Positions 28,360 through 38,167 of a DNA stretch of 64,000 nucleotides are shown one piece after another; positions within the stretch are counted from its first letter, which is position 1, and the number at the start of each line of letters is the position of its first letter. The translations under genes and the position numbers were made by a program. The DNA is taken from assembly GCA_050486185.1 (NCBI GenBank), contig JBJHCT010000002.1, positions 1,623-65,622 of the forward strand, read 5' to 3'. The notes under the pieces were generated by a model, which was not told the DNA's origin, ran no database searches, and saw only the letters and a list, made by a program, of their open reading frames with translations. The stretch comes from Candidatus Saccharimonadota bacterium (GTDB taxonomy: Bacteria > Patescibacteriota > Saccharimonadia > QS-5-54-17).

Positions 28360-30495
28360 ATGGCTAAGAAATCGACCGCAAAAAAAACCAACAAAGCTAA
28401 AGACAAGAGCAAAAAAGAAGAGCAAGAGGCTCTTGTATCTGGAGTTGGCCGAGAGGTAACAGCTGTAGCGGTGCTGGCTTTGGGGATACTACTACTAATC
28501 GCCATATTCTTCCCAGGCGGGAGACTAACAGATGGCGCTATTAGTAGCTTAACTTGGATGTTTGGCTCAGTAGTTTTCTTGCTCCCTCTAGCTTTGATCT
28601 ATCTTGCCATTAGGTTGTTTACAGCCAAGACCAAGCAACTCAAAGGTATACATTACCTAGGTTTAACCTTGCTTTTATTAGCTATAACCGGCCTGTTTTC
28701 TGTTTTTGCCGGAGTTAATAGCTTTAGTGATGCTATCGATGGAGTCGGCGGCGGGGTAGTAGGCTACATCTTAGGAAGTAGCTCAGCTAGTCTATTGAGT
28801 GTTCCTGGAGCTGTAATTATCTTGATAGCTACTACTGTAATAGGAGCTATTTTGGCTTCAGATATCACCATCACTCAAGTTATTGAGCTGTTTAAGAATA
28901 TGCGCACCAGTAAAAAGGATAGTGGCGATGATTTCGCTTCTCAATTGGCTGGTGAAGATGGCAAGCCGGTAAAGATGAAGATTAATGCCAAGGTGCCGCT
29001 AGCAAGAGCTGACGGTAAGGATTCTGGCAAAGAAGACAGCGGTGAAACTGAAGTGCTAGTTGCTAGTAATGATCCTGACTGGAAATTGCCAAACCCAGAG
29101 CTATTAGAGGATAAACAAGGCCAGGCTAACGCAGGCAACCCCAAGGAAAAAGGCAAGATTATCGAAGAGACTCTGGCTAGTTTCGGGGTAGAAGTAACTA
29201 TGGACGAGGTCAATATCGGTCCGACCGTTACTCAGTACACCCTAAAACCTGCTAGCGGTGTGCGTTTGAGCAAGATCACCGAGCTAGAGCACAACCTAGC
29301 CTTGAACCTAGCTGCCCAGAGTCTGCGAGTAGAAGCACCAATCCCTGGTAAAAGTGCTGTCGGTATCGAGGTGCCGAATGAAAAAACGGCTATTGTTAGG
29401 ATGCGTGAGATCCTCAAGTCAGATGAATGGCAAAAGACTAGATCACCACTTAGCTTCATTTTAGGTAAGGGTGTGGCCGGAAATATCGAGGTTACTGATC
29501 TTGCTAAGATGCCCCATCTATTAGTGGCCGGTGCTACAGGGTCTGGTAAGTCGGTGATGATTAATTCATTTCTACTTAGCTTGCTGTATCGTAACTCTCC
29601 GGCTGATTTGAAACTAATCTTAGTTGATCCTAAGCAGGTTGAACTCAGTCTCTACCGAGATATACCGCACTTACTTAGCCCTGTAATTATCGATCCAGAA
29701 AAAACTATTTCGGCACTAAAGTGGGCAGTAGCTGAGATGGATAGGCGCTACTCAATGTTTGCGGATCTTGGCAAGCGTAATATCGGTGAGTATAACTCTT
29801 CACAGTCTGATGAGCATATGCCACATATCTTAATCGTTATCGACGAGATGGCAGATCTAATGATGATTGCAGCCTCAGATGTTGAGAGCTTAATCGTTAG
29901 ATTAGCTCAGAAATCTCGTGCAACCGGTATTCATTTAGTGCTAGCCACTCAAAGGCCTAGCGTTAACGTTATTACTGGCCTAATTAAGGCTAATGTACCA
30001 GCTAGAATCAGCTTTTCAACCGTATCACAGGTAGACTCACGCACTATTATCGACCAAGCTGGAGCTGAGAAGTTACTTGGTAATGGAGATATGCTCTTTA
30101 GCGCTCCAGACTTCATTAAGCCAAGACGTATCCAAGGAGTATTTGTAACTGAAAAAGAGGTCAGGCAGGTTACCGACTTCTTAAGAGAAGCTAGAGAGCC
30201 GCAGTACAACGATGAGGTATTAAACCAACAGGTTAAACTTGGCGGCGGAGCCAATGCCTTGGGAGATATTGGTGGTGCCGATGATGAGTTATTGAGCGAA
30301 GCAGCTAGGCTAGTAATTGAGTCTGGTAAAGCCTCGGCCTCTTTGATCCAGAGAAGACTTAGGGTGGGCTACTCTAGGGCTGCTAGGTTACTAGATCTAT
30401 TAGAGGAGCAGGGCATTGTCTCTGGTCCCGATGGCTCTAGGCCTAGAGATGTATTAGTTAGGGATATCTCTGAGCTAGAGAGTGATGATTTATAG
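28360..30495 (+). CDS. ftsK: DNA translocase FtsK/SpoIIIE
   Basis: 4TM N-domain, HLLVAGATGSGKS, IDEMADLM, LATQRPS and gamma domain QRRLRVGYSRAARL. The start was set to ATG 28360, 7 nt after TATAAT. Confidence 0.97.
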   Translation: MAKKSTAKKTNKAKDKSKKEEQEALVSGVGREVTAVAVLALGILLLIAIFFPGGRLTDGAISSLTWMFGSVVFLLPLALIYLAIRLFTAKTKQLKGIHYLGLTLLLLAITGLFSVFAGVNSFSDAIDGVGGGVVGYILGSSSASLLSVPGAVIILIATTVIGAILASDITITQVIELFKNMRTSKKDSGDDFASQLAGEDGKPVKMKINAKVPLARADGKDSGKEDSGETEVLVASNDPDWKLPNPELLEDKQGQANAGNPKEKGKIIEETLASFGVEVTMDEVNIGPTVTQYTLKPASGVRLSKITELEHNLALNLAAQSLRVEAPIPGKSAVGIEVPNEKTAIVRMREILKSDEWQKTRSPLSFILGKGVAGNIEVTDLAKMPHLLVAGATGSGKSVMINSFLLSLLYRNSPADLKLILVDPKQVELSLYRDIPHLLSPVIIDPEKTISALKWAVAEMDRRYSMFADLGKRNIGEYNSSQSDEHMPHILIVIDEMADLMMIAASDVESLIVRLAQKSRATGIHLVLATQRPSVNVITGLIKANVPARISFSTVSQVDSRTIIDQAGAEKLLGNGDMLFSAPDFIKPRRIQGVFVTEKEVRQVTDFLREAREPQYNDEVLNQQVKLGGGANALGDIGGADDELLSEAARLVIESGKASASLIQRRLRVGYSRAARLLDLLEEQGIVSGPDGSRPRDVLVRDISELESDDL

Positions 30496-30540
30496 TATCT
30501 ATTAGTAGTTGTAAATAATTTTTAAAAGAGGCCAAAGCCT

Positions 30541-30942
30541 GTGTTTAGACGCAACCTCAAACCACTAAGACTTCGCAGTCGACAATCTGCTCCTATAGTT
30601 ACTTCCTCTTTAACTGTCCAGGTAGCTATCTCCTCAGCTATTGTCTTAGCTTTAGTCTATATGCTTTGGCAGCTGTCTATACTCTTTTCCTCACCACCCT
30701 TAGAGATAAGTCATCCCGTCAATAACCAGGTATTAGCTAGTGACTATGTTGAAGTGGTAGGTTCTACCAGTTCCAGTAGCCAGGTATTAATTGAAGGCCA
30801 AGAGGTATTGGTAGATAGTGAAGGTAATTTTACTTATAACTTAGTATTACCGGTAGGGATAAACACCATTAGTGTAGTTGCCCAGTCGCGTTTAGGTAGG
30901 ACTTCCAGCGTAGAGTTGGTCGTAATAGTTGAGGGCACTTAG
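30541..30942 (+). CDS. Single-TM protein with Ig-like domain
   Basis: TM helix followed by a PPLEISHP...V.G.T...G.F...L.L..G.N.I.V.A beta-sandwich pattern. Start uncertain. Confidence 0.65.
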   Translation: MFRRNLKPLRLRSRQSAPIVTSSLTVQVAISSAIVLALVYMLWQLSILFSSPPLEISHPVNNQVLASDYVEVVGSTSSSSQVLIEGQEVLVDSEGNFTYNLVLPVGINTISVVAQSRLGRTSSVELVVIVEGT

Positions 30943-30966
30943 GTTTTAGTTAGGGCTGTATGTATA

Positions 30967-31060
30967 TGGTATAATAGGTTTAATATCAATAAATAAACCT
31001 TTCTCCTTATCGGTGATGTTAGTTTTGACTAATCGGTAGGGCGAAGACCAAGGGAAGGAG
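30967..31060 (+). promoter_or_regulatory. Extended -10 promoter and S6:S18-type leader of rpsF
   Basis: TGgTATAAT at 30967-30975. CTCCTT can pair with the SD AAGGAG. Inner stems CCTTATCG/CGGTAGGG and TTAGT/ACTAA. Confidence 0.6.
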
Positions 31061-31064
31061 TTTT

Positions 31065-31463
31065 ATGCAAAAATATGAGTTGGCGGTGCTTTTACATCCC
31101 GATCTAGAGATCGATATAGAAACACCCCTTAAGCAGCTAGAGAAAGAAATTTCTACTAGCGGTGGTAAAATCATCAAGCGAGATGATTGGGGCAAGCGCA
31201 AGTTAGCCTATCCTATCAATAAGCACAACTTTGCTATCTATTTCTTTTATGTATTAGAGATGGAATCGACCAAGGTTGAGGATTTAGAGCAAGCACTTAA
31301 ACTTAACGACCAGGTAATTAGACACCTCGTAGTTAAGTTTAATCCAGACTCAGAACTGTTAGACAGTGATGATGAAGGTAGGAACAAGAGTGACAGTGAC
31401 GCAGAAGATAAGCCGGCAAAGGCTAAATCAACTGCTAAGAGTAGTGAAGATAGTGAAAAATAG
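31065..31463 (+). CDS. rpsF: 30S ribosomal protein S6
   Basis: YELAVLLHP, WGKRKLAYPI and VIRHLVV, with a charged tail. Confidence 0.97.
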   Translation: MQKYELAVLLHPDLEIDIETPLKQLEKEISTSGGKIIKRDDWGKRKLAYPINKHNFAIYFFYVLEMESTKVEDLEQALKLNDQVIRHLVVKFNPDSELLDSDDEGRNKSDSDAEDKPAKAKSTAKSSEDSEK

Positions 31464-31516
31464 GTAGGAAATAGTGATAAAGGTTAGAAAATTAAACAAC
31501 GAGAAGGAGGGATAAG

Positions 31517-31969
31517 ATGGCTCGTAGTTTCAATCAAGTAATATTAGTAGGTAATTTAACTAGGGACCCTGAACTTAAGACAGTCCCTAGCGGTCAGTCG
31601 GTTGCTACTTTTGGCATAGCTACCAATCGAGTCTGGACCGATCAGAACGGTGATCAGCAAGAACAGGCCGACTTTCATAATGTAGTGGCTTGGGCTAAGC
31701 TAGCTGAATTAGCTGAGCAGTATCTGGCCAAGGGCCGAAGGGTGATGGTGGTCGGTAGATTGCACACTCGTTCATGGGAAGGTGATGATGGTAAAAAGAA
31801 CTACCGCACAGAGATAGTAGCCAGTGAAATCAACTTTCTTGATGGTCCTGGTGGATCAGAGTCAACAACAAGCGATTCTGCCAAAAGCTCTAAACCCAGT
31901 AAAAAGGGTGACGATGTTGAGATCGAGGACCTAGACGAAGAGGTGGACTTAAGTGAGATACCTTTTTAG
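31517..31969 (+). CDS. ssb: Single-stranded DNA-binding protein
   Basis: NQVILVGNLTRDPE OB fold with an acidic IPF C-terminus. Confidence 0.98.
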   Translation: MARSFNQVILVGNLTRDPELKTVPSGQSVATFGIATNRVWTDQNGDQQEQADFHNVVAWAKLAELAEQYLAKGRRVMVVGRLHTRSWEGDDGKKNYRTEIVASEINFLDGPGGSESTTSDSAKSSKPSKKGDDVEIEDLDEEVDLSEIPF

Positions 31970-32002
31970 AGATTAATTAAGTTAAGTTAAAGGAATAGAT
32001 AA

Positions 32003-32200
32003 ATGACAGCAAAACCACGAATGCGTATGCCGAAAGTTTTTGATTACAAAGATATCAAAACTTTGCAACGCTATATCAATATGTTTGGTCAGATAGAACC
32101 TAGACGCAAAACTGGCCTAAGCGAGGCACAGCAAAACCAGCTAGCTAAAGCTGTTAAGCGAGCTAGACACATCGCTTTAATGCCTTTTGTATCAGAGTAA
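32003..32200 (+). CDS. rpsR: 30S ribosomal protein S18 (short, Cys-free)
   Basis: [18 protein letters not shown] and [13 protein letters not shown]. Confidence 0.96.
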   Translation: MTAKPRMRMPKVFDYKDIKTLQRYINMFGQIEPRRKTGLSEAQQNQLAKAVKRARHIALMPFVSE

Positions 32201-32240
32201 GTATAGATATTAAAATCTATTAGATTAAGGGGCAGTAGCT

Positions 32241-32801
32241 ATGGATTATGGTATTACCGATCTAAAAAAGGGCGTATTAATCAATGTTGATGATAAGCCC
32301 TACAAAGTTATGGAGTATTCCCACAGCGCTATGGGAAGAGGTGGTGGTGTAGTTAAAACTAAACTCAAAAACCTTCACGATGGCTCGACTTTAGCCAGGA
32401 CTTTTAAAGGCAATGATAAAGTGGCTGCCATTGAGGCCGATACTACCTCCGCCCAGTATCTTTATTCCGATAGTGACAATGCCTACTTTTTGCGGCTAGA
32501 TGATTATGAGCAAGTAGCTCTAAGCTTAGAATTAATAGGTGATAAGGCTAGTTATCTAAAAGAAAGTTTAGAGGTAGATTTACTATATATCGACTCTAAA
32601 CTAGTAGATCTTGAACTGCCTATTAAGGTAGAGTATCGAGTAGTTGAAGCCGAACCTAACGTTAAGGGTGATAGTGCCGGTAATGTTTTAAAGCGCTGCA
32701 CTCTAGAGACAGGGCTCAAGATACAAGTACCGCTCTTTATTAAGGAGGGCGATAATCTATTGGTAGATACCAGAAATGGTAGCTATGTTGAGAGAGTTTA
32801 G
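32241..32801 (+). CDS. efp: Elongation factor P
   Basis: DLKKG, KGDSA, LETG..IQVPLFI..G and VDTR.G.Y..R. The loop reads MGRG. Confidence 0.95.
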   Translation: MDYGITDLKKGVLINVDDKPYKVMEYSHSAMGRGGGVVKTKLKNLHDGSTLARTFKGNDKVAAIEADTTSAQYLYSDSDNAYFLRLDDYEQVALSLELIGDKASYLKESLEVDLLYIDSKLVDLELPIKVEYRVVEAEPNVKGDSAGNVLKRCTLETGLKIQVPLFIKEGDNLLVDTRNGSYVERV

Positions 32802-32809
32802 GTATTTTT

Positions 32810-33553
32810 ATGGCAGATAAGACTAGGTTAGATCAGTATCTACACAGTCATGGTCTAGCTGAATCACGCACGCAAGCAGCGGCCTTGATTATGTCGGGCC
32901 AAGTCCAGGTTGATGGCAGGCGGATAGATAAGCCTGGCTGGCAGCTAGATGCTAACAGTGAAGTCGATATAGAAGTGAAAGCTCCGATCAAATATGTATC
33001 TAGGGCCGGTTTTAAGTTAGAGTCGGCTAATGAAAAGTTCAAGCTAGATTTTAAAGGAAAAGTCGTTTTAGATGTCGGATCTTCTACTGGTGGGTTTAGT
33101 GACTTTGTATTACAACAAGGAGCGAAAAGAGTCTATGCGGTCGATGTCGGCACTAACCAGCTACATGAGCGTATCAGGGGTAGTTCCAAGGTTGTAGTGA
33201 TGGAGAAGACCGACATTAGAGAGGCCGCTCTACCAGAAGCAGCCGATATCGCTGTTATTGATGTATCGTTCATATCACTCAGACAGATACTGCCTAGTGT
33301 TGCTAGATTGATTAAACCAGAAGGCGTAATAGTGGCTATGTGTAAGCCTCAGTTTGAGGCTGGCGTTAAAGATGCCTCTAAACATAAAGGCGTGATTAAA
33401 AACGATCGCTTAAGGAGAAGTATATTAAAGGATTTTGAATCTTGGGCTAGGAATTATTACCAGGTAGTAGATAAAGCTGACTCTAGTGTCTCTGGTGCTA
33501 AAGGCAACGTTGAACGATTCTATCTACTAAAGAGTTTAAAGCCTAGTAACTAG
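32810..33553 (+). CDS. tlyA: TlyA family rRNA 2'-O-methyltransferase
   Basis: S4 domain, YVSRAGFKL, LDVGSSTGGF, DVSFISL, KPQFE and GNVE. Confidence 0.95.
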   Translation: MADKTRLDQYLHSHGLAESRTQAAALIMSGQVQVDGRRIDKPGWQLDANSEVDIEVKAPIKYVSRAGFKLESANEKFKLDFKGKVVLDVGSSTGGFSDFVLQQGAKRVYAVDVGTNQLHERIRGSSKVVVMEKTDIREAALPEAADIAVIDVSFISLRQILPSVARLIKPEGVIVAMCKPQFEAGVKDASKHKGVIKNDRLRRSILKDFESWARNYYQVVDKADSSVSGAKGNVERFYLLKSLKPSN

Positions 33554-34668
33554 ACATTGAACTTAAATTCAGCTACATCTCCATCTTGCATGACATACTC
33601 TCGGCCTTCACTACGAATTTTGCCTAAAGACTTAGCTTGAGTCCTGGATCCAGCTTCAACCAAATCTTCCCAGTTGATAATATCAGCGGCTATGAAGCCT
33701 TTTTCGAAATCACCATGAATAACTCCGGCTGCCTGGGGCGCTTTATATCCTTGCTTGATAGTCCAGGCTCTAATCTCTTTTTCGCCTACAGTAAAGAAGC
33801 TAATTAGCTTAAGTAGTTGGTAGCTTGTCTGGATAAGCTGAATTAGACCGGATTCTTTTTGCCCGTACTCTCCAAGCAGTTCAGCTGCCTCTGATTCGCT
33901 CAAGTCTTGTAGTTCCGATTCCAATTTAGCGCAGATAAAGACCGATGGGTTGGGGGAAGCGATTTTTGCAAGCTGTTCAAGCTTGAAGTTATCCATCAAA
34001 GTAGCCTCATCGACATTGAAGACTATTAGCATTGGCTTGGCTGTTAAAAGCTGACTTATCAAGACCTGGTTATCGTGAGTTAGTTGTTTATCGATAACGA
34101 ACTGCTCAACATCTTGATTTTGAACAAAATTTTTGATCAACTCTCCTTGATCCAGTGCTTGCTGCAGGCTTTGAAGGGTCTGTAGGTCTTTGGCTATTTT
34201 GGTATCAGACTTAGCTATTTTAGCTAGGGATTCGATTCTTTTATTAACAGTATCTAAATCGGCCAATATTAGTTCCGTATTGATAGTCTCGATGTCTTTT
34301 TGTGGATTAATGTCGTTACTAACGTGAGTAACATTGCTATCATCAAAAGCTCTGACAACTTGAGCTATAGCTGCAGTTTCGCGGATATTGGCCAAGAACT
34401 TATTGCCCAAACCCTCTCCTTTAGAGGCTCCGGCTACCAAACCGGCAATATCGGTAAAATGCACCTCAGCAGCAACTATCGGTGATTCTGGATGTAGTTT
34501 GGATAGTTCTTTTAGCCTATGATCGGGTACACCGACAACACCGACATTGGGGTCGATAGTTGCAAAAGGATAATTAGCCGCTAAGACGTGGTTTTTGGTT
34601 AAGGCGTTAAATAGGGTTGATTTGCCGACATTGGGCAGACCAACTATGCCGATAGATAGTGAACTCAT
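33550..34668 (-). CDS. ychF: Ribosome-binding ATPase YchF
   Basis: GIVGLPNVGKSTLFNAL, ANYPFATI, DIAGLV, GEGLGNKFL and a TGS domain. Confidence 0.98.
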   Translation of the reverse strand: MSSLSIGIVGLPNVGKSTLFNALTKNHVLAANYPFATIDPNVGVVGVPDHRLKELSKLHPESPIVAAEVHFTDIAGLVAGASKGEGLGNKFLANIRETAAIAQVVRAFDDSNVTHVSNDINPQKDIETINTELILADLDTVNKRIESLAKIAKSDTKIAKDLQTLQSLQQALDQGELIKNFVQNQDVEQFVIDKQLTHDNQVLISQLLTAKPMLIVFNVDEATLMDNFKLEQLAKIASPNPSVFICAKLESELQDLSESEAAELLGEYGQKESGLIQLIQTSYQLLKLISFFTVGEKEIRAWTIKQGYKAPQAAGVIHGDFEKGFIAADIINWEDLVEAGSRTQAKSLGKIRSEGREYVMQDGDVAEFKFNV

Positions 34669-34830
34669 AATTATTAATATTCTAACAGATATTAACTACT
34701 GAAACGACTAACCCTAGTTTATATAGTCTGATAGTCTGTAAGGGTATAATAAAAACATAAGCGTTGACTTATGTATAACTACTTATGCTAAACTAATTAT
34801 TAAGCAAAAGAGGATTATTAAATAAAAGTT

Positions 34831-35889
34831 ATGGCCAAGAAACCTAATCAGGAAGAAGCCAACCAAAAAGCAACTGTTGATACAAGCAGTTCCTCTAGTT
34901 CTGGCTGGAAGCATTTCAGGTTGCAAAAGCCAGGCTCTGGCAACGACAAGCTAAACAATCGCTCAGTCAAAATAGCTGCATTAATAGCTACACTATTAAT
35001 CTTGGCGGTATTTGCTTGGGTAACAACCGATCCCTTGGATAGGTTGAGCGATAGCACAGATAGCGAAGAAGCCTTCAATATAGAGGGAGTGTCTTTTAGT
35101 GAAGATGATATAGCTCCTTATATAGATGGCGCTAGAGAAGTAGGTATAGATCCAGAAATTATGCGCCAAGCTATTGAAGAGGGTCTAACCTTTAAGGTTT
35201 TAGCCGATGAATACGGTGTAGAAATATCCGATGATTTAATCAGAGAAACTATAGAGAAATATGATAGCTACGACCCAGAGCTTGTAGAGACCAATGCTTG
35301 GGTTAGGTTAGTCGGTTTTAGGCTAGCTATGGAAGATCAGATTATGGAGTCTCCAGAAGGCGAAGCTAGGGGCTATGCCTTTATATTCTATTTCGGCACA
35401 CTAGCTGATGATTATGTACCGCCAGAAGAGATGGGTGAATCTCTACCAGAGGAAGTCGAGTCTCGATTAGGAGATGAAGGAGCGATAGCTGCCGATAGAG
35501 AATATGCTAGAGAGCAGGCCGAGTATTATCATTCAGAACTTACAGCCGGCAACATAACTGCTGATGAAGCTCTGGAAGCTATTAGAAATGACAATCGCTT
35601 AGTTCATAACTATCATGACAATCCAGAGTTGAGCTACTCACTGCAGTTTGGTTATAGCGACGAACTATCTTGGGATGCTGAGTTGTGGTTGCTAAATGCT
35701 AGAGAGTTTGTACAGCAATATGACGAAATCGATAATTATTCTGATATAAATCTAGGCAAACTCAATTACATAGAGGCAGAGGGTGAATACGATGCCTATT
35801 ACTACTTCGTATATTTAGAAGAGTCGGTCGGACCCTTAAGTGCTATAGCTAATAGAATTGTAGAATTAGGGATAGTAACGCCATGGTAA
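34831..35889 (+). CDS. Membrane-anchored acidic protein, possibly SurA/PrsA-like
   Basis: One TM helix. LADEYGVEISDDLI resembles the SurA N-domain. Very D/E-rich. Overlaps the next gene. Confidence 0.55.
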   Translation: MAKKPNQEEANQKATVDTSSSSSSGWKHFRLQKPGSGNDKLNNRSVKIAALIATLLILAVFAWVTTDPLDRLSDSTDSEEAFNIEGVSFSEDDIAPYIDGAREVGIDPEIMRQAIEEGLTFKVLADEYGVEISDDLIRETIEKYDSYDPELVETNAWVRLVGFRLAMEDQIMESPEGEARGYAFIFYFGTLADDYVPPEEMGESLPEEVESRLGDEGAIAADREYAREQAEYYHSELTAGNITADEALEAIRNDNRLVHNYHDNPELSYSLQFGYSDELSWDAELWLLNAREFVQQYDEIDNYSDINLGKLNYIEAEGEYDAYYYFVYLEESVGPLSAIANRIVELGIVTPW

Positions 35890-38099
35890 GAATTCTCAAA
35901 AAACTCAGTGTAGCCACTATTATGCTTTTTGCTTCAGTGGCTCTAGTCTCCCTAGTTTCCGCTGAAGAGGTTTACGCCAACGAGGGTTGTAATCAGTGGG
36001 GGGTAGTTAATGTTAGGGCTACTCATAGAGACACTAGGACCGGAGTGACCGGAAATGTGTCAGGAGTGACTGCTAACTTTAGCTCCAATATGAATGGGTC
36101 TAGAAGCAGTACAATATCAGGGGGTAGTACTAGTTTTGGTAATTTACGTTGTGGTTGCGTTGACGGCACTGGTCCAGCTAGCTACAGCGTTAGTGTTTCT
36201 GGTACTCCTAGCGGCACTGTTAGTGGTGGTAGTTGGAGTTCAAGTAATAGTAGTGGGACTATTAGGAACGGCTCTCCCGCAACTGCCACATTTACATATA
36301 ACTGGCAATCAACCTATTATAGATACGATACTAGTATTAGCGTTTCAGGTAGTTCGACCACTCCTAAGCCAGGTCAGGATATAACAGTTAGAGGTACAGT
36401 TAGAAATAGCGGCACTGACAATGGACGAGGCTACGATTATCGCATCAGGGTAACTAGTGGTAGCCAGTATTTGGTTAGCTCCAGTTCGTCCTCAGGCAGT
36501 GGTAGTGGTTTAAGCCGGGGTAGTAGCAGAAACCACTCAACAACATATAGGGTTAGGGATGATGCTCCGCATAACGTTCAGATTAGATTTGAATTTAGAG
36601 CCGGTAATTCTCGCCAAGAACAAGTTAGGCCGACTAGAAGAGTAGAAGATAGCGGCTATAGCACTAGTTCTGGCAGTACTAGGGTATACAACCAGCAGTT
36701 TGAGTTAAGCAATATTACTATATCTGGTGATGACAACTATGTAACACCAGGAATCAACGGCACCGATCTAGAGATATTAGTTAATGTAGTTAATAACGGT
36801 GACGTTACTTCAGCTCCATCAGCGATTAATAACTCGGGAGCCTCAGGGGGTACATCTAGCGGAGTAACAACTACTTTAGATGTTTATCGTAACGACCAGA
36901 GAGTTGATAGACAGACCTTTAGCGGCCAAATATCACGTGGTGCAGGTGGTAGAACTTTTGAGTATACCCACACTATTCCTAATTCAGACCCAGAAGATAC
37001 AGTTTATTGTTTCATAGCTTATTCTAATCCAACATCTGGTTGGAGTGATGGTTCTAGTTACCGAGGAGCGCCTTTCAGTAATGATCCAGAACCGGTCAGA
37101 ACTTCTGATAATGTCGATGATTGCGGCGACGAGAGTAGGGTAACCACCCAGGCCTATTTCCAAGTATCTCGTAACGATATATTCTCCGGCGTATCCTTTG
37201 CTGGCGGCAGTAATCCACTTACCGGCTGCTCACCTGTAGATGCTTCTAGAGCTTTCATAAGTGCTGCTAGGACTGGCACAGGCTCTAGCGACTACGGTTC
37301 ATTGGTAGAGTATGCTGCCTATGCACTAGATGTAATTAGTCGTTTTGGCACGGCCGTAGGAGTTGGCAATAATGTATCGGCGTCTAGTTTCTTTACAGCC
37401 TCACCTGGTAATGACGCTCTAGCCTTTGCTAATGAACCAAACCAAGGTTTCTTAGGCAACGATGCCTATAGATGTATGTCGGATCTATTTACTATGTTAG
37501 ATAAAGACCAGGCGGTTGTGCCTAACAACACCAACAACATATCTCTAGCTGGCTTATTCGGTAGCAGTAATGATATTCAAGTATATGGTGGTGATAATAC
37601 CAATATTAGAATTACCAACGGTAACCTAGGAAATGCCAACAACCGCAGACTAACTTTGATAGCTGATGGCGATATCACTATTACTAGCGATATCAGATAC
37701 CAGGGCAGCAGCTCTCAGTATCGATCAAATAACGTAGCAATCATTGCCAAGGGTAATATATTAATAGAAAGCGGAGTAGAAGAGATTAACGCTATGCTAT
37801 ACGCCATACCTAGAGATGAAGGCGGTGGCGGAGTAATAGATACTTGTTCTAATCATGAGAATCTAGGTACCGATGTTTGTGGCGATCAACTTAGGGTTAC
37901 TGGTGTGGTAGTGGCTGATAGGCTAGATCTAAAACGTACACACGGTGGTATATCAGGCGATCGAGATAGGGAGCCGGCTGAAATCTTCCGATTTTCTCCA
38001 GATATGTTTATTCGAGCACCTTTCTTTGTTTTTGCTGAAGGTGTGCCCACGCCGGATCTACAAGTTCAGCAATTAGTCGATTTACCACCACTGTTTTAA
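35883..38099 (+). CDS. Large secreted beta-rich protein heading pilus locus A (candidate adhesin)
   Basis: Sec signal peptide, Ser/Gly/Thr-rich Ig/CARDB-like segments (VRGTVRNSG, VNVVNNGD), Cys pairs and a C-terminal beta domain ending DLPPLF. Confidence 0.7.
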   Translation: MVRILKKLSVATIMLFASVALVSLVSAEEVYANEGCNQWGVVNVRATHRDTRTGVTGNVSGVTANFSSNMNGSRSSTISGGSTSFGNLRCGCVDGTGPASYSVSVSGTPSGTVSGGSWSSSNSSGTIRNGSPATATFTYNWQSTYYRYDTSISVSGSSTTPKPGQDITVRGTVRNSGTDNGRGYDYRIRVTSGSQYLVSSSSSSGSGSGLSRGSSRNHSTTYRVRDDAPHNVQIRFEFRAGNSRQEQVRPTRRVEDSGYSTSSGSTRVYNQQFELSNITISGDDNYVTPGINGTDLEILVNVVNNGDVTSAPSAINNSGASGGTSSGVTTTLDVYRNDQRVDRQTFSGQISRGAGGRTFEYTHTIPNSDPEDTVYCFIAYSNPTSGWSDGSSYRGAPFSNDPEPVRTSDNVDDCGDESRVTTQAYFQVSRNDIFSGVSFAGGSNPLTGCSPVDASRAFISAARTGTGSSDYGSLVEYAAYALDVISRFGTAVGVGNNVSASSFFTASPGNDALAFANEPNQGFLGNDAYRCMSDLFTMLDKDQAVVPNNTNNISLAGLFGSSNDIQVYGGDNTNIRITNGNLGNANNRRLTLIADGDITITSDIRYQGSSSQYRSNNVAIIAKGNILIESGVEEINAMLYAIPRDEGGGGVIDTCSNHENLGTDVCGDQLRVTGVVVADRLDLKRTHGGISGDRDREPAEIFRFSPDMFIRAPFFVFAEGVPTPDLQVQQLVDLPPLF

Positions 38100-38167
38100 A
38101 TTAGCATCAAACATCGGTTTTTAGCTCTTCCCACCACTTAACGCTTGTGCTAAAATTACTACAAGCT

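Noticed and set aside
30541-30942. Possible pseudogene of a RodZ-like HTH protein after ftsK
   Set aside because: Only 45 bp separate it from ftsK and no HTH remnant is visible. The TM plus Ig-like ORF is intact, so it was kept as a CDS.
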